64,000 nucleotides of DNA from Raja brachyura (lineage: Eukaryota). The stretch lies in the NCBI GenBank assembly GCA_963514005.1, contig OY740818.1, positions 25,606,001 through 25,670,000 on the forward strand, in the 5' to 3' direction. Each line of letters opens with the position of its first letter. Within the stretch, counting starts at the first letter, position 1. The notes beneath the pieces were generated by a model. It ran no database searches and was not told where the DNA came from. It was given only the letters and a program-made list of their open reading frames with translations. A program made the position numbers and the translations under genes. Shown one piece after another: positions 12,245-25,686 of the stretch.

Positions 12245-14052
12245 CCACTATCCCGGGCCCACACACTCTATCCCTGGCCCACACACACACTACACCGGGC
12301 CTACACCGGGCCCACACACACTATCCCGGGCCCACACACACTATCCCGGGCCCACACACACTACACCGGGCCCACACACACTACACTGGGCCCACACACA
12401 CTATCCCGGGCCCACACACACTATCCCGGGCCTACACACACTATCCCGGGCCCACACACACTATCCCGGGCCCACACACACTACACCGGGCCCACACACA
12501 CACTACACCGGGCCTACACCGGGCCCACACACACTATCCCGGGCCCACACACACTATCCCGGGCCCACACACACTACACCGGGCCCACACACACTACACC
12601 GGGCCCACACACACTATCCCGGGCCCACACACACTATCCCGGGCCCACACACTCTATCCCGGGCCTACACAGGGCCCACACACACTATCCCGGGCCTACA
12701 CACACTACACCGGGCCCACACACACTATCCCGGGCCTACACACACTACACCGGGCCCACACACTCTATCCCGGGCCCACACACTCTATCCCGGGCCCACA
12801 CACTCTATCCCGGGCCCACACACTCTATCCCGGGCCCACACACACTATCCCGGGCCCACACACACTATCCCGGGCCCACACACACTATCCCGGGCCCACA
12901 CACACTATCCCGGGCCTACACCGGGCCCACACACACTATCCCGGGCCTACACCGGGCCTACACACACTATCCCGGGCCCACACACACTATCCCGGGCCCA
13001 CACACACTATCCCGGGCCCACACACTATCCCGGGCCTACACACACTATCCCGGGCCCACACACACTATCCCGGGCCTACACACACTATCCCGGGCCCACA
13101 CACACTATCCCGGGCCCACACACACTATCCCGGGCCCACACTCACTACCCCGGGCCCACACTCACTACCCCGGGCCCACACTCACTATCCCGGGCCCACA
13201 CTCACTATCCCGGGCCCACACTCACTATCCCGGGCCCACACTCACTATCCCGGGCCCACACACACTATCCCGGGCCCACACACACTATCCCGGGCCCACA
13301 CACACTATCCCGGGCCCACACACACTATCCCGGGCCTACACACACTACACCGGGCCCACACACACTATCCCGGGCCTACACACACTACACCGGGCCCACA
13401 CACTCTATCCCGGGCCCACACACTCTATCCCGGGCCCACACACTCTATCCCGGGCCCACACACACTATCCCGGGCCCACACACACTATCCCGGGCCCACA
13501 CACACTATCCCGGGCCCACACACACTATCCCGGGCCCACACACACTATCCCGGGCCTACACCGGGCCCACACACACTATCCCGGGCCCACACACACTATC
13601 CCGGGCCTACACCGGGCCTACACACACTATCCCGGGCCCACACACACTATCCCGGGCCCACACACACTATCCCGGGCCCACACACTATCCCGGGCCTACA
13701 CCGGGCCTACACACACTATCCCGGGCCCACACACACTATCCCGGGCCTACACACACTATCCCGGGCCCACACACACTATCCCGGGCCCACACACACTATC
13801 CCGGGCCCACACTCACTACCCCGGGCCCACACACACTACCCCGGGCCCACACACACTATCCCGGGCCCACACTCACTATCCCGGGCCCACACTCACTATC
13901 CCGGGCCCACACTCACTATCCCGGGCCCACACTCACTATCCCGGGCCCACACACACTATCCCGGGCCCACACACACTATCCCGGGCCCACACACACTATC
14001 CCGGGCCCACACACACTATCCCGGGCCCACACACACTATCCCGGGCCTACAC
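12245..14052. repeat. 20-bp minisatellite (cactatcccgggcccacaca)n, roughly 90 units with variant and truncated units
   Basis: Direct reading of the periodic sequence. Confidence 0.97.
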
Positions 14053-14062
14053 AACCACCTAC

Positions 14063-14350
14063 CCGCCGCCGCTCGGGGTTTAAGGACGAGTTGAAGGAGA
14101 CAGCGCCGCGCACGCGCACTACCACCTCCAGCAGGGCCCCAGCCCGTAGCCGCGGCGCGCCTGTCACTAGGTCCCCGGACTGCGGAATAAACCCCGGACA
14201 GCAACAGCTCCCCGCAATGACACTTCCCCGGTAATCATGCACACGGAGAAGGAATTCCTGTCCGGCTTCGAGTTTTACTACAGGCACTGTGTGGGCCAGC
14301 TGTGGTCCGAGGGTCCGTGCTAGCGGCCGCTCTGCCCCCTGGCGGCCACA
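14063..14350 (-). promoter_or_regulatory. VDAC2: Probable VDAC2 promoter and non-coding exon 1 (donor GG|gtaggt at 14062); NRF1 consensus CGCGCACGCGCA at 14107-14118; CTCF-like GGCCGCCAGGGGGCAG at about 14332-14347
   Basis: CpG-rich segment upstream of the first coding exon, good donor site, motif matches read by eye; TSS unknown. Confidence 0.6.
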
Positions 14351-14758
14351 CCGCTAGTTAGAAACATGGACAACAGCAAAGGCAATGTCTCATCTTGGGA
14401 CAACAGGTGCAGGACGAGGCCATTCAGCCCTTCGAGCCAGCACCGCCATTCAATGGGATCATGGCTGATCGTCCGCTATCAATAACCCGTGCCTGCCTTC
14501 TCCCCATATCCCTTGACTCCACTAGCACTTAGAGCTCTATCTAACTATCTTTTTAATCCATCCAATGATTTGGCCTCCACTGCCCTCCGTGGCAGGGAAT
14601 TCCATAAATTCCCAACTCTCTGGGTAAAAACGTTTTTTCTCACGTCAGTCTTAAATGACCTCCCCTTTATTCTAAGACTGTGGCCCCTGGTTCTGGACTC
14701 GCCCAACATTGGGAACATTTTTCCTGCATCTAGCTTGTCCAGTCCTTTTATAATTGTA

Positions 14759-16227
14759 GGTACACAAAAAGCTGGAGAAACTCAGTGGGTGCAGCAGCAT
14801 CTAAGGAGCGAAGGAGATAGACGACGTTTCGGGTTGGGACCCTTCTTCAGACTGGTTAGGGATCAGGGAAACGAGAGATATAGACGGTGATGTGGAGAGA
14901 TAAAGAACAATGAATGAAAGATATGCAAAAAAGTATCGATGATAAAGGAAACAGGCCATTGTAAGCTGTTTGTAGCGTGAAAATGAGAAGCTAGTGCGAC
15001 TTGGGTGGGGAGAGATAGAGAGAGGGAATGCCAGGGCCCGAGGGCTGAGGGAGAGGTGGGAAGGGGAGGAGGCAGCCTGGGTTAACAGAATTGAGAAAAT
15101 TCAATGTTTAAGCCCAGAGGGTGCAGACTCCCCAAGCGGAATATGAGGTGCTGGTCCTCCAACTTGCGGTGTTGCTCACTCTGGCCGTGGAGGAGGCCCA
15201 GGACCGAGAGGTCGGATACAGAATGGGAGGGGGTGTTGAAGTGCTGAGCCACCGGGAGGTCGGGTTGGTTATTGCGGACCGAGCGGAGGTGTTCGGCGAA
15301 ACGATCGCCAAGCCTCCGCTTGGTCTCACCGATATAGATCAGCTGGCATCTGGAGCAATGGATGCAGTAGATGAGGTTGGAGCAGGTGCAGGTGAACCTC
15401 TATTAGACCTGGAAGGACAGCTTGGGTCCCTGAAGGGAGTGGAGGGGGGAGGTGAAGGGACAAATGTAGCATCTCTTGCGGTTGCAAGGGAAAGTGCACG
15501 GGGAAGGGGTGGAGCGGGAGGGAAGGGAAGAATTGACAAGGGAGTTGCGGAGGGAATGGTCTTTGCGGAAGGCAGACAGGGGGGGAGATGGGAAGATGTG
15601 GCGAGTGGTGGGGTCACGTTGGAGGTGGCGAAACTGGCGGAGGATTGTGTGTCGTATGTGCCGGCTGGTGGGGTGAAAGGTGAGGACCAGGGGGACTCTG
15701 CCCTTGTTGCGAGTGGGAGAATGGAGAGAGAGGGCAGTGTTGCGGGGTATGGAGGAGACCCTGGTGCGAGCCTCATCTATAGTGGGGAATCCCCATTCTC
15801 TGAAGAATGAGGACATTTGTGATAACCTGGTGTGGAACACCTCATCCTGGGAGCAGATGCGGCGTAGACGGAGGAATTGGGAATAGGGGATGGAGTACTT
15901 ACAGGAGACAGGGTGGGAGGAAGAGTAGTCCAGGTAGCTGTGGGAGTCAGTTGGTTTGTAGTGGATGTCGGTCAGGAGTGTATCACCTGCAATAGAGATG
16001 GTGAGGTCAAGGAATGGTAGGGAAATGTCAGAAATGGTCCAAGTGTATTTGAGTGCCGGATGGAAGTTGGTGGTGAAATGGATGAAGTCAGTCAGTTGTG
16101 TGTGTGTGCAGGAGGTGACACCAAAGCAGTCGTCAATGGTCAGGAGTGTATCACCTGCAATAGAGATGGTGAGGTCCGGTCAGGAGTGTATCACCTGCAA
16201 TAGAGATACGGTCAGGAGTGTATCACT
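14759..16227 (-). mobile_element. Penelope-like element nested in CR1
   Basis: Reverse complement of the 3250-4630 region; 14-bp TSD cttttataattgta (14745-14758 / 16228-16241). Confidence 0.88.
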
Positions 16228-16278
16228 CTTTTATAATTGTATATGTTTCTATAAGATCACACCTCATCCTTCTAAACT

Positions 16279-17262
16279 TAAGTTCAAGTGAGTTGATTGT
16301 CATGTGTGCCTGATAGGACAATTAAATTCTTGTTTTGCTTCAGCACAACAGAACATAGTAGGCATTGACTACAAAAACAGGTCAGTGTGTTCATATACCA
16401 TATATAACTACATACACACATGAATAAATAAACTGATAAAGTGCAAATAACAGATTATAGGTTATTAATGTTCAGAGTTTTGTCCGAGCCAGGTTTAATA
16501 GCCTGATGGTTGTGGGGAAGTAGCTATTCCTGAACCTGGTTGTTGTAGTCTTCAGGCTTCTGTACCTTCTACCTGAAGGTAGCAGGGAGATGAGTGTGTG
16601 GCCAGGATGGTGTGGGTCCTTGATGATGCTGCCAGCCTTTTTGAGGCAGCGACTGCAGTAAATCCCCTCGATGGAAGGAAGGTCAGAGCCGATGATGGAC
16701 TGGGTAGTGCTTACTACTTGTTGTAGTCTTTTCCTCTCCAGCGCGCTCAAGTTGCCGAACCAAGCTACGATGCAACCGGTCAGCAAGCTCTCTACTGTGC
16801 ACCTGTAGAAGTTAGAGTCCTCCTTGACAGACCAACTCTCCGTAATCTTCTCAGGAAATAGAGGCGCTGATGAGCTTTCTTGATAATTGCATCAGTGTTC
16901 TTGGATCAGGAAAGATCTTCAGAGATGTGCACTCCCAGGAATTTGAAGCTCTTGACCCTTTCAACCATCAACCCGTTGATATAAACGGGACTGTGGGTCC
17001 CCATCCTACTCCTTCCAAAGTCCACAATCAGTTCCTTGGTTTTGCTGGTGTTGAGGGCCAGGTTATTGTGCTGGCACCACATGGACAGTTGCTCAATCTC
17101 TCTTCTGTACTCCGACTCATCCCCATCAGTGATACAACCCACAACAGTGGTGTCATCGGCGAACTTGATGATGGAGTTCGCACTGTGACCGGCTACTCAG
17201 TCATGAGTATAGAGAGAGTACAGGAGGGGGCTGAGCACGCAGGTGCTCCCGTGCTGATTGTT
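16279..17262 (-). mobile_element. Rex1/Babar-type LINE 3' fragment nested in CR1
   Basis: ORFs with NNLALNTSKTKELIVDF and LTGCIVAWFGN...HPGHTLISLLPSGRRYRS; same family as 30201-32313. Confidence 0.82.
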
Positions 17263-18759
17263 ATCCACGAACTCCAGTGAATACAAGCCCAGTTTTTTTC
17301 ATCTTTCCTCATATGATAGTCCCGCCATCCCAGGGATCAATCTCATGAACCTATGCTACACTGCCTCAATCACAAGGATGTCCTTCCTCAAATTAGAAGA
17401 CCAAAGCTGTACACAATATTCCAGATATGGTCTCACCAGTGCCCTATACAACTGCAGAAGAACCTCTTTACTCCTATATTGAAATCCTCTTGTTATGAAT
17501 GCCAACATTCCATGAGCTTTCTTTACTGCCTGCTGTACCTGCACGCCAACTTTCAGTGACCGGTGTACAGAACACCCAGGTCTCCCTGTACCTCCCCCTT
17601 ACCTAACCTAACCCCATTGAGATAATAATCTGCTCCCTTGTTTTTGCCACCAAAGTGGATAACCTCACATTTATCTATATTATACTGCATCTGCCACGCA
17701 TCTGCCCACTCACTCAACCTGTCCAGGTCACCCTGTGACCTCCTAACTTCCTAGTTGCGACTCTCCTTCCCATTGCTACACTGACCTGACAATAAACAAG
17801 ATCAGAGATCCAGTGTCTTATGGCACCGCTAAACAGTTTTTAAAAACTGATTTTTAAAAATATTATAAAAGATTATTAAAGCTTAAACAAAATAAAATGT
17901 AATAATTAAAGTAGACGGTCAGGACAGTACTGGCACATATACTGGAACATGGGTAAGAATATTTTAATATATAAAATCCAAAAATATATTGGGAAATGTT
18001 TGAAAACTTAATTGTTTCATGGTTGAATATTATCAACACAGACTAAACAAGGGAGAGATAAAAATGAATAAGACTGAGGGAAAACTACGGTAAAGAACTA
18101 ATGCATGATGACAGATGTAGGAGTGAGCATGTGGCAGGTACGGTGGAGTGTGGCTGTACCAGAGTCTGACTGCCGAGGCAATAGTGAGTACAATGGGTCA
18201 GTCAATAACGGTAAAATCAGAGAAAGACACAGTAACTCAGCGGGTCAGGCAGCATCTCTGGAGAACATGGGTAGGTGACGTTTCAGGTCAGGACTCTTCT
18301 ACAATATAATCAGAGAATTCTGACTCATAATACCGGGAGCCTTTGACAGCCTCCCGCATTCATGCATGACTGACTCACAGAAGATGACTACATTCTGGTC
18401 TCACTACACTCTCACTCAGCTTGTAATTATGTAACAATTTAGCAGCTGGTAAATGGAAAAATATGGCCTGCTGCTGATTTAACCAGGGTCCATGATATTT
18501 CAAGATGTTTAAGATTGTTCAGCAGCTGACTGGCTTATTACCCATTCCTCATCATTTCACCAGCTATCGCTGCATTACCCGTGACACTGTGGTCTGGGTG
18601 GACGAGTCAATCATGTCTGTTCCTCAGTTACAGGGTCACTGTTCCCTCGACAAATCTACAGTCAATTTCCACTCTTGCAAATGGGAATTGCCAGTCCAAT
18701 GTCCCCCCCATAGATGCTGCCTGATCTACTTTTAGCACTTTATTTTGTAGTTGTAAAAT

Positions 18760-19150
18760 AGGAGAGATTAGACAAACTTGGGTTGTTTTCTCCAGAGCAT
18801 CAGAAACTCAAGGGGGACCTGATAGAAATGTACAACATTATGAGAGGCATAAATCAGGTACAGTCTGAACCTTTTCCCAGAGTGGTATTGCCAAAGACTA
18901 GAGGACATGGCATTAAGGTGAGAGGGATAAAATTTATAGGAGATATGCAGGGTAATTTTGTTTTACACAGATAATGGTTGAGAGTGTTTGGATTAGAATT
19001 GGGTGGCAGATACAATAGTGGCATTGGATATGCAAGGAATGGAGGAATATGGATCACTTTCAGGCAGAAGAAATTAGTTTAAACTGCCATTGTGTTCAGC
19101 AGACATTGTGGGCCAAAGGGCCTGTTTCTCTGCTGTCTTGTTCTATGTTC
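18760..19150 (+). mobile_element. Old CR1-like 3' fragment
   Basis: KLKGDLIEMYNIMRG...TRGHGIKVRG. Confidence 0.7.
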
Positions 19151-20691
19151 TTGTTCATAATCCCTCCAATTTTGCATTCATTTTCCTTAAGCAAGAAACA
19201 ATAACATTGTTAATTTTATTAATAATAATTTGCACTGCAGATCATGCCCCGTCTCCCATACCTCGCTGCACGTCAGGTCTCTATCACTTGCTATGTAGGT
19301 CATCTTTTGGCAATGACGTATTGCAGCCAGGTGCTGGATATGTTGTTGCAAGGTCCAAGAAAAATAACTAGGTTAATAGTAATAACCTAGTTGTAACTTG
19401 GGAATAAAAAGGCATTGATAACCATGAAATATGGAACAAATTTATTCCGTTGTACACAAAAACATTCTGGAATTTTTACTAGACGTCAGCAAAAGCTAAC
19501 AAAAGGCATCATTATAAAGATGGAATTACACAGAGCTGATGCACAGACCTCTGCAAACACTGTTTTACACACTCCTTTATTACTTTCAATTAAGCAAAAT
19601 GCAAATGTAAACATTAAAGACCTCTGATTTGAACTTGTTAAATAACAGTAATACTGAACAGTACTTTAAACCTATAAGTAAACAGGCCAGTTCTTTTTAT
19701 TATGGGGCTTCATGTTTATCCATAACATTGATAAAAGGTAATTAACTCGGTGCTTGTAAGATAAAAGTTCTGATGTCTAACTTTGTTGGTTTAAATGAAA
19801 CACTTGAGTTATACAGTCTCATGCTCACAAACATCCAGCCTGTACTGAACAATGTTTTGATATTGAATGTTCCCTTTAGTTTGCAATCTTATTCAACACC
19901 AGGCAATTCTACAGCATTCCCATTGATGCCACTGGATCATATCTCCCATTCAGTGGGTTGCCACCTATGCGCACATTGACAGGATGAACACCTCTCACTT
20001 GCAGAGTTGACAAAATATCAAAGGCTTATCCCCACTGCATCCCGCTCACTTTCCTTCACCTCGCTCTGTTAATTTGAGCCTGACCAGGGTCTATTTCAAA
20101 TGAAATGCAAGGAAACATTCCAAGCAGAGGGCCCATCTGGTGTAGGAAGCACTGGCAGGTGGCACTGGCAGGACTGACCCACAGTCTCTCAGCCTCTGAC
20201 CATTGTACAAACCAGAACGCTCACAGTTTGCCCATTTTATTCAATCATCACCAACCTATCTGTCTTATTCCTTGCCAGTGATCTTTCCCAGAGTTTACAC
20301 ATCAGGACAAGAATAGTTTGTAGATTTGAACTCAAGGCACCAATGATTAAGAAATCAGCTGGCCCCAGTTGTCAGAAAGAGAATAAAAGCATTTCATAAT
20401 GCACTGTATTACAAAGAACATGTTTAACTAAAGTTATTCCTTGTCCTGCTCCACAAAGTGCTGTTTGATTAGGTAGGTATCTCTTTGGACAAGGCCATCA
20501 TTTCACCATCCACGACCCATGAGCAGAATCATCCTGAACTCTCCCGCCAGCAGCCCTTCCAACAGGGAGCTGAAGGACTCGGAGAAGCCCCAGTAACGGA
20601 GGTTTGTCAGATTAATGCGGATGGTGAGGAATGACTGCAGGAATACCAATACTCTGGCACTGCAGGAATACCAGGGTCACTGTAAATGTCT

Positions 20692-20909
20692 AAGAAGGAA
20701 CTGTAGATGCTGGAACATCGAAGGTAGACAAAAGTGCTGGAGAAACTCAGCGGGTGCAGCAGCATCTATCGAGTGAAGGAAATAGGCAACGTTTTGAGCG
20801 GAAACCCTTCTTCAGACTGAAGAAGGGTTTTGGCCCGAAACTTTGCCTATTTCCTTCGCTCTATAGATGCTGCTGCACCCAGAGTTTCTCCAGCACTTTT
20901 ATCTACCTT
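20692..20909. mobile_element. Palindromic Penelope-terminus derivative (hairpin element)
   Basis: Inverted copies of the Penelope 3' end centred on cttcttcagactgaagaag; 14-bp TSD cactgtaaatgtct (20678-20691 / 20910-20923). Confidence 0.8.
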
Positions 20910-23900
20910 CACTGTAAATGTCTGATCTGCAAATATGTCAGATGCTCAGTGTGTGAAGTCGTTCTAGGATCATTGGAACACATTACTATCCTCAATTATC
21001 ATGACTTTCTGCAGCAAAACTGCTGAAGCAGATATCTTGTGTAATACTGGCATCAGTGTTTGGCTGGGAACGCTGAGTATTCACATCTATGAATCATCTG
21101 AGCAAGCTCATGGGAAGGGCAGGAGAAGGAAAGAACTCCTCACCACAAATGCCAAACATTCACTCTACAGCAGGAGATAAGATGGAATAATTCCTACCTC
21201 ACTTCACAAACTGGTCAACATGTTAACAAGTGGACGACATTTCAGGTCAAATTCAGTGCAATCACAGCAGCAACCTTTCAGGCAAATACAAATGTTTTAC
21301 TACTTTTACTACTTACAGAATAAAAGGATTTAAATGAGTGAAGTTTCACCCATGAAAGAGTGACACTCAGAGACACTGGATACCTTTCATTGACAGGTTT
21401 TCTGCACTCTGACTGCAATTACATCCACCACTTCACAAAGCTGTAAGGAAAGGTCAATAAAGCCAGGCTCTGACTCCAGCGGTGAGTCAGCCACAGGAAT
21501 CTCCTGGCTGTAGGAGGGGAGAGAGCGGTCACACTGCTGATCAGTGATGTGCTGAGAGTTCGGCAGAGTCCATGCTGCTGCCAGAAGTGCCACTGCACAC
21601 GGAATGTTGCTCAAGGCCAAGGAAGAAAAACATATTCCAACAACAGGGCAGGAAAGGTTTAACCCTTGTGATGCCACAGAGATCCCCAGTGATACATTAC
21701 AACAGGAATCTGGGGTAATGTACACAGGCAGACCAGAAGAAATAACATTCAATATCAAAACTATTTCTCAATGCTGAGGAGTACAAATACTTATTTCTGA
21801 CAACCACATGCACAACCAGTTATTACAAATGTACCTAAATATTTTAAATTATTAATTAAAGTATTTAAGTTCTCAGTGCATGCACAATACTCTCTGGCAA
21901 CTGACACCTCATCTCCTGATGCTAAGATTCCATAAGCAGGCACTCTGCTGTAACACACAATGAAGATGAATGCGTGTAGAATCTGACGTTTGAATCATTA
22001 AAGAAGCCAATCACCTGGAATAGGATGTGGTCATGTTCTGCCCAGTGTTCACCCTTTATAACACAAGTACACGGACTGTGCTGACCTATAAATTATTCCT
22101 ACAATCAATAACACCTTCACTCTTAGCTTTTCAAGTCATTACCAGATAAGTGAAATCTGCACTGGATCAAACCGAAATTCAATGTGCTACGATTATTTAG
22201 TATAATGACATCATATTTTTGACTGGATCAGGCAAGGATGCCACTTCCATGACAATTTCAAGAGCAGCCATTTAAATTACAATGCAATGCACTGAGTCCC
22301 AGAATCAGCCACTCCCTGCTGCAACACCAACAAAGTGCGACAGTCCAGTGTTTGATCTAAGTGGGGGCATTGTGCTAATGAACAGATCGAGCAATGGACA
22401 TTTATCGTGTTGACATCCCAATAACACTGAAGTAAATATCACAGTGAACCATGACACCATGGTGTCATTGCAAGGAGTACAGGCAGTCAGGTGCAAGGGA
22501 ATAATTACAGCCGATCTGTGGGATGCAGAGAAGTGTAAAGGTTTATATTTTGGTGGGAAGCATGGGAAGAGGCAGTCCAAATGAGGGCAGAGTTCTAAAA
22601 GAGTACAGAAACAAAGATCTGGGATGAATGTGCACAAGTGTTGTTGGTTGAGACACGACCCTGGGCTTTAACAATAAAGGTATGGTGTGCACATGAATAT
22701 TAAACTACAGCTGCAGCAAGAGAATTACCAAAGGCATGGATAAGGGTTAGTTGTGGAAAGACAAGAGAGGCTGAAGCTCTCCTTGGAAGAGGAATACTCA
22801 TGACTGGTTCTACAGGCAGCATCTTAAATCACGAAGGTCAGAGATAAACTGTTTTATTGGCAAGCATTCAAGCACAAAGAGTGGTGATGGGCAAGAAAAC
22901 CAAATGACACAAGGATTTTACAGTGGTGGTTGAGGAAGCATTTCCAGGGTCAGTAAATGCAGATTTAGTGTAATGTTCAAAAGGGTTTGAACAGAGGGAC
23001 TGTGATGGAGCTTTGTCAGAGAGACTCAGGCACTGTCAACAGACGACAAGAACAGGTTGGGCCAATACTCCAGAGTTCAGTGCGGGCGATGATCTTAAAG
23101 GAACATACCAGTTCTGATGGTGCCTGACAGGGGAGATACTGGAATGATGTTTTCCCCCTGACTTGGGTTTGCAGTTCCAGGTATTGCCATCTCTAAGTTA
23201 CAGCCCAGTCATTTGTGACCTAGTGCAGGAGATGCTTTTCACCCACATAGTGGGTGGAGACCATCACTGGTGTGTTCAGGATAGAGAAGGTTAGATTTTT
23301 GGATATTCAGGGAATGAAGGAGAGCAGGATATGTAACAGGGTGGTGTTGATCAGCCTTGTCCTAAAGAAGGGAAGGCAGACACCAGGCCGACTTCTGACA
23401 TCATCCAAGTTCTGATATCATCATCTGATCAAATTAACCTGCAAATTACAATAATAACTCCAGAAGAAACAATGAATATTAGCTGGTTTGTCAGCTTCTT
23501 GCAAATGTGAAAAGCCATTCCTTCACCATTTTCCATGTTAACCTGCGCCCGAGGACAGCAAACACAGCCCTAGTCTGCAGGCAACAAGTGGTACTATCAC
23601 CGTCCCCCATGTCATGGGGGGACTCTATAGTCTAAACTATCCAAGCATTAATGATAAATGCCATCTCAAAGTTAATAGGAACTACTGAATTATCTCTATG
23701 AATTCTATAAATTATGGTTTAGATAACATTTTATATTGCAAATAATGTATTCTAATAAACTACGTAAGTTTGTAAACATTACAAGTGGTTGTCGAGTGTT
23801 TTTTCTGAGTACATTCAGTCTGACAATGAATACTGCTTGTACCTCGAGGTCCACAAAGCCACAGCTAGCAAACGGCAGCTCAAAGGGAAATGAAGACCCA

Positions 23901-24819
23901 CAACATCGGTTACACTCACAATGCAATCAATGTTGCTCCAAATGCTGTTTTGTTTCTTTAGGAACAGATACTTTGTGCACTTCATGGTGACATTGTAGAA
24001 TGAGAATGCATTTTTAAAGTTTCTCCAGAATTCCTACACCTCTTTAGTGTTTCCTCAGACAAGTGCAAAACCAGAGTTCCCTGAAATAAAACCGAGTGAG
24101 GAACACTAGAGGTATTCCCCGCACGAACATATCAACGAGGAATGCAGAGAAAAACTTCTTCTAAACACCTCAAATGCCAAACTTTGAATAAGTCACTGGC
24201 TTCATTTAAAATATTCGTCTCAATGTGGAAAAACAGAGCTTATTTGGAATGTGGCAGCAGTACATCCTGTGGGCTTGTTGTTCTCTCACATCACCACCCT
24301 AAACTGTGCCTGAACCTAACCTTAACCCACCCCAACAGTGCCCGACCACCTTCTAAACCATGCCTAGCCTAGCCTAACCTAACCCCACCCAAACCGTGCC
24401 CGACGCCTGCTCTACACCATACTTGACCCCACCACTAAACCCGACCTGACTCCCACCCTATACTGTGCCCACCCTTCGCTCTAAACCCAAGCCCGATACC
24501 ACCATGAACCACATCAGACACTCACTGAAACCCTGCCTGACCCCCACAGGCACAGATCCAATTACAGGGAGGATGGCTTACTTCCCTGCCCACAACAAAC
24601 AGGATTCCTAACTGCTGGAGTCGACATTTTGCAGCAAAAGAAAAGCACAATTTCAAGTAGTGACTTGCCATGAGCCAAACAGACTGCAAGTATCAAGGCC
24701 TTGGCCCCTTCACATTTACATCTGGCTTGTATTGGCTACATACATCTTGTATACAAAACCAGTTATTTCCATAATCTTTTGTTTGTCCAACAAACGAATT
24801 GGTTAGGGCAGATTACTAC

Positions 24820-25124
24820 TTATCCAATTAGTCTCTTCAATAATCTTGGTCTGGAAAGTGGCCAACTATATTCATTTGGTACTGGGCCGTTGACATTGCA
24901 TTCAAAGAATGAAAACATTGGAAACCAAATGCGTGCCCTTCGGCTCTGCTGATAAGCTCGAGTGTTGGCTAGTGTGTGGTAATACAAAAAGAGCCTTGTG
25001 GTGATATAAAATGCGATGAAGACATCGATTGAGTAATGTTCGTGTGCAGCAAGGATGAAGAAGATTCCAAACAGGTTCATTACCCATGACAAGGTGTGCA
25101 AGAAGTTCCAGCTTCTTGGTGTAT
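24820..25124 (-). CDS. SAMD8: SAMD8 (SMSr, ceramide phosphoethanolamine synthase) last coding exon, (Y)[13 protein letters not shown]...[10 protein letters not shown]...LLKRLIG*
   Basis: ORF 24820-25140, tag acceptor 25125-25127; catalytic His/Asp motif with the adjacent Glu typical of SMSr. Confidence 0.96.
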
Positions 25125-25686
25125 CTAAATGGGGGTGCAAAGGAAAGGTTACATATTAGGTTTAGTTTTCAGTTTCAGCTTAATGACCAAGGCCAGTATC
25201 CCCAAAACAGAAACAAATATATTATGAAAATTACATGAATGATTGACTGTAACTAATAACTAAGCTGCACCGAGAATGACACAAACGGAGGAGGCCCTCA
25301 GAGCCTTTGTGGCTCATGAAATGATCACACCTGGTCCAACCTCAACCTATCTCAGAGCCCTGTAAATGTTTTTCCCAACAAATGCTTTTCCAATTTATTT
25401 TTGTGAACATGCTTCCAACTTCCTGTTAGGCAGAACATTCCAGATTTCTAGGAGCAAGGTTTCTCCCCTTAGCTATCTTTATCGATTAATTTACAACTGG
25501 GATCCATGGTGAGATGGATAATTAGATCCAAAATAGCTCAGTGAATGTAGGTGGAGGACAGTAGTGGAATGAGCTTTTATTAATGCAAGTCTGTGACCAA
25601 TGATATTCAGCAGCAATTAAAAACAATTTTTTGGATCCAAGTTAAAAAAATCCTTTTGTCAGATTTGCCATCTTGCAACTGACTTA

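Larger units (their letters stand above)
14360..17750 (-). mobile_element. CR1-like LINE split into three pieces (about 14360-14758, 16242-16278, 17270-17750) by two nested insertions
   Basis: CR1 sequence resumes across both insertions; ORF 17356-17544 has LYRALVRPYLEYCVQLWS. Confidence 0.8.

Noticed and set aside
12245-14052. CRISPR-like appearance of the repeat arrays (also 53800-54232)
   Set aside because: Contiguous tandem units without unique spacers, in eukaryotic DNA with no cas genes
12123-14234. 703-aa and 623-aa His/Thr/Pro-rich ORFs
   Set aside because: Translations of a stop-free 20-bp minisatellite on the strand opposite VDAC2; no coding evidence
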